This document shows, piece after piece, positions 26,579 to 40,247 of a stretch of 64,000 nucleotides of DNA (positions within the stretch are counted from its first letter, which is position 1; each line of letters opens with the position of its first letter). A program made the translations under genes and the position numbers. Below the pieces are notes generated by a model. The model did not search any database. It was given only the letters and a program-made list of their open reading frames with translations, and was not told the origin of the DNA. The stretch is from Rhizophagus irregularis. Taxonomy: Eukaryota. The stretch is taken from contig NC_089436.1 in assembly GCF_026210795.1 (NCBI RefSeq), positions 1,116,001-1,180,000 of the forward strand, given 5' to 3'.

Positions 26579-28264
26579 AAATTAATTATAAGTGGATTTG
26601 GTTTAAGAAAAAAGTTCGTTATGTGTCAAAATCAGTTTATCCCGATCGTTACTGGCTGTATCATGAAAAATTCAACAAGAAAATCCTAACGATAATCTGA
26701 TTCAATCACGAAAAACGATATCAGCTTTAATTGATTGAAAGTAAAATAGATTCCTTATTAACAATAAAAAGCTTTTATTCCGTCAGTTCATATAAATACT
26801 AATTTTATAGGTTTATAGACGTCAATAATATGCTATTAGAGATTTTCTCAATAAGAACAACATATTCCTAAAAAGCATTTAATTCACCATATCTTCACTA
26901 GGTAGAAGTACTATATTCATAAAATAAGTTTCTATTAATATATCAATGATCTTAAGATTATTTTATAATTGATGGAAATTTGATGAAATTGCTCTAAGCT
27001 ATGGAAGAATTAGAGGTATGAATATTTTCTAATAGAGAGAGTGATGAGCATGAAGAAAAAAAGACAAATATGTTTAGAATATTTTAATTTACGTTATTTT
27101 TCGTGTTTTATAAGTAAAAAAAAAAAATGTTTTTTTTCTCGTAGTCAATTAATCCATTACTAGTGAAACAAAAATGTTAATAAATAAAAGTAAACAATGA
27201 AATCTCGTGTAAATAATAGGTTTTGAATCTTAGTTCATTATATTTAAATATAAAAATTGTTTACTTATTGAAATCGATATCACGAAACAACCATTTTTTA
27301 TAGGGCTTATTCCATAATTTATTCGTGTGTTAATTATATCATAAGGATTATATGAATTTTGGTAAATTTAAATATCTAAAATTTATTATACGTTTGAAGG
27401 AGATAGCAAGATGCGGTAAGCAAGATATTTTCTACTGTTATATTATTACAGGCACGAAACAGCAATGCTTTATTTTTATTTATTTTTCCTTTGTTATCCA
27501 ACGTACTTGAAATAATGAATCAATAGTAGAAATTGTAACATGTCTCTGATCGAAATTTTTATTTAATAAAATTACTCTGTAATATTCTCCTGATTACAGA
27601 TTTCAGAAATTTCGCCAGAAATCCTTTTTTAATTAAAGATTACTTTTATCTCATCATCTTTATTTGTCATCTAACTAAATAACATGTAAAAAGTAAAAGG
27701 ACGCGTCACGTTAATAGTTTAATCAATAGTTTATCGTATAAGCATGATCATCGGCGGCTGCAGGATAATACAGTTATGGTTAAAATATCATCCGAACTGT
27801 TTCGCAGTTCGGTGATATTCTAACCCCCTATAGTACAGAGTTACCTCTTGATATAATTTTTAGTAAAACGCGGAATTTTCCATTTTCAGTTAAAAATAGA
27901 TTTAAATTTTGATTTTATTTATCATAATATGTCATTCGATGTGATCGAAAAATCATCAAATTAATCTTAATTTTTTGTTAAAAATTCTTAAAAAATTGTG
28001 TGAAATGCAGTACATAATCATAATTACATAACAACGTCCGAAGAGAATTTACCATAAATGTTAATATTACTATTTTAATTTGATTCTTCACAACCCGAAA
28101 AAAGAAACGAATAAATCGAAATTCGATAGAACAAAGGAAATAAATTTCCGTCATAACGAATGATAACGATAACGAACATGGTGTTAAATGAAAATAAAAG
28201 AATTAGGAAGTATTGTTTTTCAATAAAGGCCAATTTTTTTCTTATCGCAATTTTACTAACGATT

Positions 28265-29895
28265 TTAGTAATCTATTTCAGTTATGTCATGTTGCGATAA
28301 TGATCGACTAGAATATATAGCTCTTTCATGACATGGTAAAATGTTAAATTGTAATTGTTTTAAGTTTGAGAATCTAATTTCTTCAGCAACGCTAAATTGA
28401 TTGGATAAATCCGACGGTTCAGGATCGTCGCATATTGCTATAGTCCAATTTCCTAAATACTCGCAAAGTTGTGATGCTGTTGGCCTATTGGATGGGTCAG
28501 CATCTAAACATTGTAACATTAATTTACTGAATATATGTGGAGTTTCACTGACAATAATTGGTCTTAATCTAGAGCAAATTTGTTGTATAAGTTGTGAATC
28601 ATGAGGTCTATCACAGTAAGGGCGTACACCAGCTGATAACATCCACATAATCATGCCGAAACTGTATATGTCAGATTCTTTGGTTAATGTATATCCATTA
28701 AAGATTTCGGGATCAATGAAAGGTATTACGCCGTAAACTTGTTTAGAAGATATTTGTTTATCAACAGGACCGTGTAATCCTGTGTCTGCAATTTTAGTAT
28801 CTATTGAATTTATTTCCTTCTCAACTAGTATGTTCCCTCCGTGTAAATGTCCGTGAATGAGGTCACGTTCATGAATAAAATCAAGACCAGTTGATATTGC
28901 CCATAACATATCTACAATATCTCTCCAGTAAATAAAGGACTCCCATGGATTCGTCAAGATACGAATATAAATTCCCATTTTCATAATATCTCATGACGAA
29001 CATGTAACACGATGTCATATCCCTGTAAAAAATCTGTTTTATCTTTCCATGTTTTTTCCGTGAATGTATCATTTTAATGGAATTTATAGCCTTAAATCAT
29101 GGAAATTTTCATCTCGCTAACACGGATATCCGTGAATGTATCATTTTCACGGAATTTTTACGGAAGACACGGAGAAATAATGGAAATATCCGGATAAAAA
29201 TTTTTTATAGGGATATCTTTAGTCATGCCAAAATAATCTGCAAGTGATCCACTTTGCAAGCACTTATGATATTTGCGTAACTTAAAAAAAAAAAGAAAAG
29301 AAAGAAAATTTGTTAGATAAAAAATTGAGGACATATTTCATAATTCATTAAGTCTTTATATTCGGAATTTATTGAAAAATTCTTAAATTATAGCTAAATA
29401 CTTTCGGATAAATTAACTAATAACAAGACTGTGTAACGATTGAATACTAACTTGATTTATAAATTCTTGACTCATATTATGAGAATTATCTAAACGTTTC
29501 AATATAACCTTAATCGGACCATTACGGGACCATACTCCAGCTTCTTCGTCCAGATTCCAAGTTGGCCCTTTCATCCATATTGCAGAATAAATTGAACTGA
29601 AAGCGCCTCGTTTATTTGTATTCTCAACCAGATCGAATTGATCAAATTCAATCCATTCAAGGTAGTCTGTATTACCATTTGCATTTAGTTGAGTAAATCT
29701 AATAAGTTCATCTATGTTAGGATTTCCGCTGGTCCAATTGCGGAAATTTTCTTTCAAAATTGCAATATCGCAAGTTTCACACCATGCTGCCGCTGTTCGT
29801 TGTCGTTTGCAATTTGAACAGTTGCCGTATAATTGAGATTTAATGTTCAAAATGATCTCCTGATCGGAAGAGCGTGACTGATCTGCAAAATCCAT
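28265..29895 (-). pseudogene. Kinase-family copy 4, disrupted; exons 29895-29452 and 29280-28265
   Basis: Exon 2 is interrupted by a MITE (29021-29212) and a 4-bp TAAA duplication frameshift (28929-28936). APE reads DPE. Exon 1 and upstream DNA closely parallel copy 3. Confidence 0.88.
29021..29212. mobile_element. CCC-ended MITE inserted in kinase exon 2
   Basis: ATAT|CCCTGTAAAA..TTTTTATAGGG|ATAT. Removing it plus one ATAT restores TKDMTSCYM. Interior nearly identical to about 770-916. Confidence 0.9.
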
Positions 29896-30267
29896 ACGAA
29901 TTTGTTTTTATTTATTTATTTATTTTTTTTTAAAAAAAAAAAAATTGAAGTGCTTTATAAGCATAAGTAATTAAGGTTTTGTTATGTAAGCTATTCCAGA
30001 AAAGAAACGGATAAGACTTTTCTCATATATACAAATAGTGCAAAAATTCTAACAAAAAGTTCTTTTTTTTTTTGTATAATTCGTGTAACGCCAATCAAAC
30101 GTGATCATCACAATCGATTTCGGCAACATAAACAAATATTTGTTTTAAAACGGGTTTTTGAAACAAAAAATTAATATCAGAATAAAGTTGTAAGACATAA
30201 TAAGAGTCATTGCTGCAGGGAATTACATTAAAGTTTATATCATTTGATGAAAAGATGGTACAATTCG

Positions 30268-30370
30268 CAATTTTATCCGTTATTTCTGTAAAAACTCCGT
30301 AAAAATGATAAATTCCGTGATATAAGGTTTTTTATTCCGGAAATATCAGCCTTTTATGGAAAATACAGGG
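30268..30370. mobile_element. Truncated CCC-family MITE
   Basis: Ends TACAGGG with TCG on both flanks. Absent from the paralogous copy-3 upstream region near 19665. Confidence 0.6.
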
Positions 30371-30809
30371 TCGTAATATTTAATTCTTTTTTTTCTATTA
30401 TTACTAAATTTAATAAAATGCATCAATACTAAAATTTATTTTATTTCCGTATAATTGACAAAAAAGTTGAACAAGTTGAACACAATATCCAAACTCGAAT
30501 CTCCTTACATACAACCTTATTTATAGGGATGTCAAGCAATTCAGTTCAGGTTCTAAACTCGATTAAACTAGTTTGAATCCGATTTCAAACTGATCTACAT
30601 AAGTCAGATTTCAAATCATGTTTGGAACTATGCTTACGAATATATTAGTAAAGCTTGCTTACTCAAGCAGTTAGTTTAAATCTGATTTATTACGCTATTT
30701 GTTATTAATAAAATACACAAAGTATTATTTTATTTGTAGCATATATAGTATAAAATATGCAATATTTATTGAAATTTTATTTACTATACAAATATATTTA
30801 TTTTTTTAT

Positions 30810-32866
30810 TTATTCAATAATATTTGCATCATACCATGACTTTAAACAAAGGCTTGCACGAATATTCTCTTCTGACAATCTATTTCGTGTTGGGCTAATT
30901 GTATGTTTAGCAACGGAAAATATTTGTTCACTAGGCACACTTGTTGCTTGTACAATCAAGTAATCCCGTGCCATTTGTGCAAGCCCAGCGTAACGAATAT
31001 CAGTTGATCGTACTTTCCAGAATTCCAATACATTACAATCTTCTTCAATTGATAAGAAATATTCTTCAAGAATGTTATGCATATTATGCATGTAATTTCC
31101 AGTGGTCAATGACATGGATTTGAGATGTTTTTTGAAATAGTTTCTTGAAGAATTACTTGTGTTATCAGAATTAGATTCTTCTGATTCTTTTGCATATCTT
31201 GCATAAGTATTATACATTAGTGTACGTATCCTTTCAGTTGTTTCATTATCAAAAGATGATAATTTTGTGTTTGGATCCAGGACAACTGATAAATAGCAAC
31301 AATCTTGGAGGATAGCCCAATAGTCATTAAGTTTTTTATACATTCTTCGCGCAATTTGACCCTTTATTGATGGCATTATATTACCATTTTCACTTGCATC
31401 ATTTAAAATTTTTAGAATAACTGGAAATATTATGTGTAAATCACCCATTGTTGGATATGATGAGGAGGATAAAAGATTTGTAGCTTTAGCCATAGGTTCA
31501 AGTAATGTAGCAATTGTCTTATTAAAGGAAGTATTTATATATTAATAAATTAATAATAAATAAAAAAATTATGTAAATTATTAAAAAAATATTTACATTA
31601 ATTTCGTTCCAGTCTTTCTCATTCAAGTAACGATCCTTTAGTATAATATTACTATCAACAAGAATATCAGTCATATCACGTATTCGACACATTTTGTCTA
31701 TCATAATATATGTGCTATTCCAACGTGTTGGTACATCCAAATCAGGTATAAGAAAAGGTTTTCCTTTTAATTCAAAGATTTTCTTAAGATCCTCAAATAA
31801 AGGCTGTGATTTACGAATGTAACTAGCACCCTATAAAAACGAAATGTGTTAAATTTGTTTTATATTTGTGCTCATGTGTAATAAATGTCTAAAAAAGTAC
31901 CATTTTGTCCAATTTATGTCTTATTACAAAAAAACAAAAATTAAACAAAATGGTGCTTTTTTAGACATTTATTACACATGAGCACGAATTTAAAATAAAT
32001 TTAACACATTTCGTTTTTATAGGGGCAAAGTTACGCAACTTTGTAATAGAATTGGCAATAATTTTCATGCCATCACTAACAGCAAGATTTAGAACATGTG
32101 CTGCACAGTGAACATGTTCAAAATCAAGATTGTTATATTTAGACTGAAGTACTTCACTGAGTGTGCGTCCAAACACATTCATGTTTGCTGCATTGTCTGT
32201 AGTTACAGAAAGAATTCGTGCACCAATATTGTAATAAGTAATTGTTTCTAGCACTTTTTCAGTAATATAACTCCCTGTATGTCGTTCATGAAGTGGTACC
32301 ATATCCAGTAAAACTCGTGTCATGGTCCAGTTTTCATTGATCCAATGAAGTGTAATGGCTAGATATCCAAGATTCGTACAGGAGGTCCATGCATCAGTTG
32401 TGATTGAGAACTTATGCTGGGTCTTTTCAAAAAAATTATAAAGCATTTCTCGTTTATGATTATACAATTTTATAATACTTTCGGAAATTAATTGTCTTGT
32501 TGGAAGTTGAAATCGTGGATTTAATGAATTAACAAATAGTTGAAAATCACTATTTTCAACAAGGAAAAATGCTTGTTGATCCGTAATTATCCATTTGATC
32601 AGATAGTTCATAATTTGAATTTTAATTTCATTTTTTTCATCATAGGGTTCAATTATTTGTGTATTATTTGTGAATATTTCATTAAATTTGCTTTGATTTT
32701 CATGTTTAAAATGTGCCTTAATAGTAGTAAGTCCTGTCTCAATAGAATAACCCTTATGACAAAGTTGACAATATCGCTTGTTGTCAATTTCATCAAGAAA
32801 ATTCCAAAGAGGATCAGTCTTTCGTCGTTTTGGTAAATGATTTGTTATTTCTGATAATGCTTCCAT
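30810..32866 (-). pseudogene. hAT transposase (BED finger + DDE + C-terminal dimerisation region), about 592 aa, interrupted only by a MITE
   Basis: LWNF..CQLC..HFKH, ITTDAWT, TTDNAANM, CAAHVLNL, TRWNST, ATSVPSEQIFS. Intron at 31518-31596. The frame is continuous once 31826-32024 is removed. Confidence 0.92.
31829..32024. mobile_element. CCC-ended palindromic MITE with GCA TSD
   Basis: GCA|CCCTATAAAAACGAAATGTGTTAAATTT..AAATTTAACACATTTCGTTTTTATAGGG|GCA. Related fragments at about 21735-21855 and 54876-54947. Confidence 0.92.
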
Positions 32867-33135
32867 TTTCCAGTATAAAGTTTGATGAAAAATAAATTAT
32901 TTGAATAATTAAACAATTTAAGTTCAAATGTGAATTAATCTTAAAAATAAAAAAGCTAAATATTTATACAATACTAAAATTATACTAAATTATATTATAG
33001 TTTATGCTCTATTGAAATTATGCTTAATTATACTACTGTATTATGCTTTATGCTCAAAAACTGATTTTAAATCCGATTTGAAGCATATTGAGTTTTAAAT
33101 ATTATTAGTGGAGTCACATGACCCTAAAACTCGGT

Positions 33136-33946
33136 TAGGGATTGGAACCGGTTAAGGCGGTTAACCGGTTAAGACCTCTCAAAAAACGGTTAACCGGTTA
33201 ATTTAACCGGTTAAATTAACCGACTAATTAACCGGCTAACTTAACCGGTTAAAATACAGATCATCCTAAATTAGTAATTCCTAGCCAACTTCTAACTTTA
33301 ACTTTACTAGCATTAACTTTAATTTTGCCCACCCTAATAGATTCGATGATAAACCTGCAATCTTATATTTTAATATAATATATTGCATATGATATTTATA
33401 ATTTAACATTGTTTATGTTAAAATATTCTAAAGTTATAACCTTGATTTATGCAGAAATCAGCATATGATCGGGTATAGTATTTTAAATAAGAAAAAATGC
33501 AAAAATTTGAATACTACAGTGGCCATCAGAATTGGAATGGAATTTCGGATAGAACTAAAAATATAATTAAAAAACTTTTCAACTTAGTGCTGATACCGGT
33601 GACCACTGCATGACTGGGTAGTAAGTAATTACAATATACTGTATGTAATTTTTTACTAATGTATACATTTTAATATAAATATTTACCAGAAATTACTCTT
33701 TAAAAATAATACTATTTAGTTAAAAACACAAAAATTTATCTTTAAACGCGCGTTAAAATACAAAAAATAGGCCTCTAAACACACGTTAAAATATAAAATT
33801 TATATATTAACCGGTTATTACCGGTTAGCTTCATTACAAATTAACCGGTTAATTAACCGACTAATTAACCGACTATTAACCGGTTAGACGCTCTAATTAA
33901 CCGGTTATTAACCGGTTAAGCTTTTTTTTGACGGTTCCAATCCCTA
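33136..33946. mobile_element. Non-autonomous hAT nested in the hAT
   Basis: Perfect 15-bp TIR TAGGGATTGGAACCG, perfect 8-bp TSD AACTCGGT, many TTAACCGGTTA subterminal motifs. Confidence 0.95.
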
Positions 33947-34171
33947 AACTCGGTTCAAGTAGTTTTTAGCTTAAATCAGGTTTTTCGAACTCAAATAACA
34001 TCCCTACTTTTTTAACAATGAAGCTAACTGTATTAACAAGATTAAGTTAAATTTGTTTGTATCTTTCTTAAAAATTTTATCCGTAATTTCTGTAAAAACA
34101 TGGAATAAAAAAAAACACGGAATAAATTTTTTATAGGGTCTCATTTTTTGACAGTAGTTCCTGCGGATTAT

Positions 34172-34290
34172 CCCTATTTTCAGAAAAATGATCACGTGAC
34201 CGAGATTCTTCGGAATTAAAACTAGAAAAATGATCATTTATCGTCATTTTACTTATTTATCGGAATTTTTCCAGAAATTTTTTTATAGAG
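34172..34290. mobile_element. CCC-family MITE with TAT TSD
   Basis: TAT|CCCTATT..TTTTTATAGAG|TAT. Another partial copy ends at 34138. Confidence 0.75.
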
Positions 34291-34692
34291 TATAATTTAG
34301 ACAGTAATAGGCTGAAAGTAATGTAATTTTGTTTTGATCCAATTTAAATTTTATATTATTATCGTTTTAACTTTTTGCAAAAAAAGTTTATATAAAATTT
34401 AAAATTTTTATTATAAATGATTATTTTATCTAGCCAGGTCATTCGAAGGTCATTCAGGGGTCATTACAAAATGGCCAAATGATCTGGTCATTTTCCATCA
34501 CTGTTAATTAAATAGACAAATTCTTTGATTAATTCTCCTATAAGTCAAGTACACTATATATTGGAAGTCATCTGACATCCTCTTGCATTCCTTATTAAAT
34601 ATCTTTGAATATTTACGTTCTAAATTTACTTAATTTGCTTTAAAAGACCTCCAATCGCTTTAATGAACACTGCAATAACTGGTCGATGGCTA

Positions 34693-35076
34693 CAGTCAGA
34701 ACTCGATATAACGATTCGCGAAAGAATTTTTTCTGAGTAAAAACTGTCTATAAATAATTTTATCGCTATAAACAAATTTTATATAAATTTCTCAACAAGA
34801 TATTACCTGACATCGGCCAAATATTAACTATTTTCGGCCAGCACTATGCAATGATCACCTGACATTTATCTATACTTCGATTTTGGCCTCGAAATGGTCA
34901 AAATTTATTAATTTCTATTGGATAACATTATATTAGTAACGTTAATACGATAAATAAATAAATACAATTTAACCAAATACAATTATATTTATAGTAAACC
35001 TCGATGTAAACCGTTTTATTGATAGAAGTTGATATCACGAAGTTCTAACCGGAGAGTCGTATGTTTACATATACTG
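34693..35076. mobile_element. Tc1/mariner-type MITE (family of 59429)
   Basis: TA|CAGTCAGAACTCGATATAACGATTCG start, degenerate right end CTAACCGGAG..ACTG|TA. Confidence 0.65.
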
Positions 35077-35153
35077 TATTACGAACTGAAAATTAAGAAA
35101 ATGTAAAAAAAGGTACTGTATTGTAAATATACATTTTCTTAATTTTCGTAATA

Positions 35154-35617
35154 CGGTTACAGTACATTTCGCCGAAATTCATCTCACCGAAACCCATTTC
35201 GCCGAAGCCATTTCACCGAATCGTCCATTTCGCCGTAAATGGTAGCGATTAACATTTTAATAAAAATATTCATCGTGCAATGAAAATAAAAATCAAATTA
35301 TTTTTAGAGATTTTTTTTTTTCCAGGATATTATCACTTTAACATTCAAGAAATAGTAAATAAATAACTTTATTTTCCCGAAGACATTTATTCACGAAAAA
35401 GTAAGTAAAAAAAGACTATTAATACAGTATATTATAAACAACGAGTAAATTTAATAAAAATCAGCTAATTTAAAAATTTTTCTAGAAAACATTTCTTTTA
35501 TGTATTTAATATAAAAACAATAAAATAACCAAAATGGAATAAATAATTTTTCGGCGAAATGTCCATTCGATAAAATGGCTTCGGCGAAATGGACTTCGGC
35601 GAAAAGTCCGGATACCG
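35154..35617. mobile_element. MULE-like foldback element with TTTCGCCGAA subterminal repeats
   Basis: About 5 CATTTCGCCGAA-like units on the left, inverted TTCGGCGAAATG units on the right. TSD not clear. Confidence 0.7.
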
Positions 35618-36065
35618 TAAATATTTATACGTAAATATATACGATCGATATAAATTTAGGCGTAATACCTTAAGATTACCCACCCCTACATATCAAGGGC
35701 GAAATCCCGGTACTTGAAAATAAGTTTATACGTCAATAAACTTTGTTGTTATGTGTTAAATGAAAAAGAACAATTTTATGCTAGATAAAATTTAATACGT
35801 GAAAATCTATTGTTATTTTAGAAGATTTGCCGACATAGATTCTAATTAACTTAGTTATTAGAGCGATTCAATAAATATCATGGCGAAACCGTATTATTAT
35901 TAAATATACAAATGTCATATTCTGTCTATATATAATAATAAAAAAATTCTGAATAAAATACGAAAAAAAAATTGTGCTTGTGATATAATTATAATACTTA
36001 TTTTATATGAAACGAGTACATAATTAATTTTTGAACGAAGAGCCTTAGAAACTTCTGCATAAATA

Positions 36066-36317
36066 AAGTAATAAAATGTTAAGTTTGAGTTAGTGATTTC
36101 GAAAACGAATAAATGATATAATAAGAGAAATTGATTTTTTGATTGTAATTAAGTAACAAAATGTTAAGTTTGGATTTGTGATTTCGAAAACGAATAAATG
36201 ATATAATAATAGAAATTGATTTTTTGATTATAATGAAGTAACAAAATGTTAAGTTTGGGTTTGTGAAAAACGAATAAATGATATAATAAGAGAAATTGAT
36301 TTTTTGATTGTAATGAG
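36066..36317. repeat. Tandem repeat, 85-bp unit x3, just downstream of the copy-5 stop
   Basis: Units start at 36066, 36151 and 36236 (AAGTAA.AAAATGTTAAGTTTG..). Confidence 0.9.
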
Positions 36318-36363
36318 AATCGAAATATACTATTTAACGCATGAAAGTGCCAATCCTAACCAA

Positions 36364-39030
36364 TTAATCAATCAACCACAATGGGCGACTGAAATAAATA
36401 GCTTTTTCGTCATTCGAGAAAGTATTGAAATTTTCCAAATTTGAGAATTTTATTTCTTCAGCAGCGTCAAATTGATCAGACAATTCAGATGGGTCAGGGT
36501 TATCACAAATTGCTGTGACCCAATCTCCTAAACATTCGTCAAGCTGAGACGCTGTTGGTCTATTTGATGGATTTGCATCTAAACATTGTAACATTAAACT
36601 GGAGAAAACAGGTGGAGTTCCATTTACGACGCTTGGTCTTAATCCTAAACAGATTTCCTGAATTAGTTGTTTATTATGAGGTCTATCATAATAAGGACGC
36701 ACACCAGCTGATAACATCCACATGACCATTCCAAAGCTATAGATATCGGATTCTTTAGTTGGCGTATTTCCATTAAAAATCTCTGGTGCAACAAAAGGAA
36801 TTACACCGTAAATTTGTTTTGGAGATAATTGTTTATCGACGGGTCCGTGTAATCCAGTATCCGTGATTTTAGTATCAACCGAATTCACATCACTTTCGAC
36901 TAATATATTCCCACCGTGTAAATGTCCATGAACAAGATCATGTTCATGAATATATTTAAGGCCTACGGATATTGACCATAACATATCTACAATATCTCTC
37001 CAACAAAGTACTCCCAAGGTTTCTTTAAGATACGAGTATAAACTCCCGTTTTTGTAATATCTCATAACAAGCATGTAACATGATGTTGGATCTTTGGTTA
37101 TACCAAAACAATCTGCAAGTGCTCCACTTTTCAAACATTTATGGTATCTATATAACTTTTAAATTAATTAATAATTAGCAAATAAGTATTATCTGAATTT
37201 TTTTCGATCAAACGTGATTTATTTAAGAACTGGTCATTATCTCGTTAATGGCTTTATAATAAAGTATGTTTAGAATTTATTCAGTTTACAATTTATAAAT
37301 CTTTGAGGAATCAAACATCCTCTCAAGCTTGAGTTCGATCCGGATAATCCAAGCTCGGGTTACTAATTTGGCCAGCCTATATTTGACCTAAATTAACGAT
37401 AGTATTGTTATGCCCAAATCTCAATATGCCCCAAATTGCGATGATTACTATATGTGAAAAGTAATGCTAATAAATTCTTAAGGCATTATAAAGGTGGGCC
37501 GAAAATTTAGGTCGATCGCTGATTTGGGGCATGTCGTCAACTTGGGCACGACAGTATTACGTCATTCGAGGATTGACTATCGGCGGATTGTAACACAAAT
37601 TAACGATATTTTGACTACTTTATCATATTCGTTAAAATTAAAATAGAACAAATCAAGTATTCATTCGACAGGATTCACGAGAGTCAAAGTATACATGTTG
37701 CCGAAAGTTTTTTCAATTTCGACCGCATTTCAGCTCCAAAGCAAAGTTGCTTATAGATCTTATAATAAACGTCGTGCCCATTATTTTTAGAAAGTTTCGG
37801 CCAAAACCGCAATAGTTTCGGTCAGGAATTTAAAGTTTCGACCATATATTAAATACAAGTTGTCGAAATTTAGAGTCTGTCGAAATTCTACAAGTGGTCG
37901 AAACTTCTCAAAAGTTTTGCATGGGTTCTTCAGACGATGTCATTAAATGATTTATCACGTGGCTGAAATAGCCGAAATATTACATGTATAAGTCAAAGCG
38001 CGGGCCAAAAAAAACCTTACCTGGACCAGAATATGCCAGAATTACTAATAGTTTTGGTCTGTGAGTGCAAGATCTAAAATTGAAAATCACAGTCAAACCC
38101 GATATTTAAAATATTGAAAAATATCGTTATATCAAATTATACCGAAATTTACATCTCTCCTATAGTAGAAAGTAAAGGTATATCAAGGTCTGACTGTAAA
38201 TCGAATCGATTCGAGTAGATTCTAAATCATATTTACATATTGGCCGATCTGACTCTAAAGTGTGATCATCTTGTTAGAATTAGGTCAAGTTGGCCGTATT
38301 TCTATAAAAGAATTACGATAAATGATCATTTTTCTAGTTTTTATTCAAAAAATTCAGACATATGATCGATTTATAAAAATTTTTTTATAAGACATCTATG
38401 AAAAAATTTAGAGTCGATTGAATCGATTCCAACCCTTATCAGTGCGAGTTTGACTTTAACTCGTGTCCACACTTTATTAATTACTTATCGCCGATTTTAT
38501 TAACGAGAATTCTCCGGTTCGTACATAAATCACGCAGTTGACCAGTTTATATAAATACTGCACATGATCGGACTACAAATTAATCTATAACTTACTTGAT
38601 CTACAAATTCTTGACTTATATTATGAGAATTATCTAATCTTTTTAGAATGACATTAATTGGACCAGTACGATTCCATATTTCGGCTTCTTCATCTAAATT
38701 CCACCTCGGGCCTTCCATCCATACTGCTGAATAAATCGAGCTGAAAGCTCCTTTATCATTAATATTTTTGATCAAATCAAATTGATTAAAATCAATCCAT
38801 TCGAGGTAGTCCATACTCTCCTTAGCATTTAATTGAGTAAATCTAATAAACTCATCTATTATAGAATTTCTACTAGTCCAATTTGGAAAGCATTCTTTCA
38901 AGTTCATAATATCACATTTTTCACACCACATCGTCGCAATTCGTTGTCGTTTACAAAGAGAACACTTACCATAAGTCTCTCTGAGTTCAGAGTGTTCCAA
39001 TGAAACAGACGTTTCTAATGAAAGAGACAT
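36364..39030 (-). CDS. Cys4-finger + TKL-type (pseudo)kinase, copy 5; exons 39030-38596 and 37155-36364, about 408 aa
   Basis: CAA|GTAAGT..AAAG|TTATAT phase-0 intron of 1440 bp, enlarged by MITEs. Motifs HGHLHGGN, DTG, APE. Confidence 0.88.
37405..37554. mobile_element. Tc1/mariner-type MITE in the copy-5 intron
   Basis: TA-flanked TTGTTATGCCCAA..TTGGGCACGACAG inverted ends. Absent at the duplicated site near 55052. Confidence 0.75.
38090..38196. mobile_element. Small Tc1/pogo-type MITE in the copy-5 intron
   Basis: CAGTCAAACCCGATAT..ATATCAAGGTCTGACTG inverted ends. Confidence 0.6.
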
Positions 39031-40247
39031 TTCTTAATTCGCTCTAAGTATCGATTGTGAAAGTGATTTGAGTGCGATTTAATTAATGTTTTAACGCTTT
39101 TTTTCGCTGATTTATATGAAATTGAAATGCCTTATTTTTATTTTTAAAAAAGAACGTGTTTAAATAACAAATTCGAGACATGTGTGGATAAGAATTAAAA
39201 ATTAGCGAACAAATAATGACAAAGAATAAATGTTATCATAAAATTCTTTTTTTATTATAAAGAAAGAAGGCATAATGTAATTTTCACATGCGTAATTAAT
39301 ATCATATGAATTACTGTAATTTAATTTGTATTTACTATTTTTGGAATTTCCAAAGAAAAAATGTGCTCACATTGCACACATCTTTGGACAATTATCAACG
39401 GATTGTTGTATTTATGGCAAGCCAGAGCCGCCTATTTTCAGCATGATTTACATTTAATAAGACGCATAATATATTGTATCACATAATATTTACTATTTTA
39501 AGAAATCTGGACTATTACATAACACAAGAAATAAGTAAAATTCTTGTTTGGTAATACAGAAAAAGGGAATAAAAAATTTGATGTATAAATATATTATAAT
39601 TATATGCTTAAATAGGTGTGAAATAAGCGGTTATCATGTTGAAATAAGCACAGATTTGTCTGCTATATGTATCATGTGATAATCGTGTCGCATAATTTAG
39701 AAACAATAAACATACAATTACTAATATGATTGGAAATTATAATAATAGTATATTCCTAAATAATCATAGTATCACTCACGTTATGACAGTTATTTGACGA
39801 ATAAATTAACGCATTGTTATATTAGAACATTCCCAAATAAATCGATAAGAAATTATCTAGAGCGGTTGATTAGCCAATTTAACTTATTATATAAACAATT
39901 TCCGGTATAGTATATCGAGTAAGTATATACTTTATTGTTTTACTAATATTGCGCTTGATAAAATTTTAATTCGAGATCCGTGAGTCAAGTGCAAAAAAAT
40001 TCATATATGATTTCGGCGCTGATACCCGATTTTCATTCCTTACTTTATGTGAACCTATTCAACAATAACATATAATATTTATCCCAAAGTATCATATCAA
40101 ATAGTTTATTTCTTAAAATGATTTTCAGCATAATTTTTTACTTTTATTTAACGCCACGCCAGATTTAGTTGACTTATAGACCACGAATTAATAAAATTTT
40201 TTTCCTTTTTAAATATGAAAAATCACAAATATTTACAAAATGAAATT

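Larger units (their letters stand above)
22555..26660 (-). mobile_element. Tc1/mariner-type MITE (family of 59429-59926), split by nested insertions
   Basis: 22555-22823 and 26434-26660 align, reverse-complemented and in order, to the two halves of the intact element at 59429-59926 (ACTCGATATAACGAACCCT; ATATGGCTGGTTTAT; GAAAAAAGTTCGTTA). Confidence 0.7.
30524..34006 (-). mobile_element. hAT (Ac-like) transposon
   Basis: TAGGGATGT terminal inverted repeats. 8-bp TSD CTTATTTA/CTTTTTTA. Empty site visible in the paralogous region at about 19840. Confidence 0.92.
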
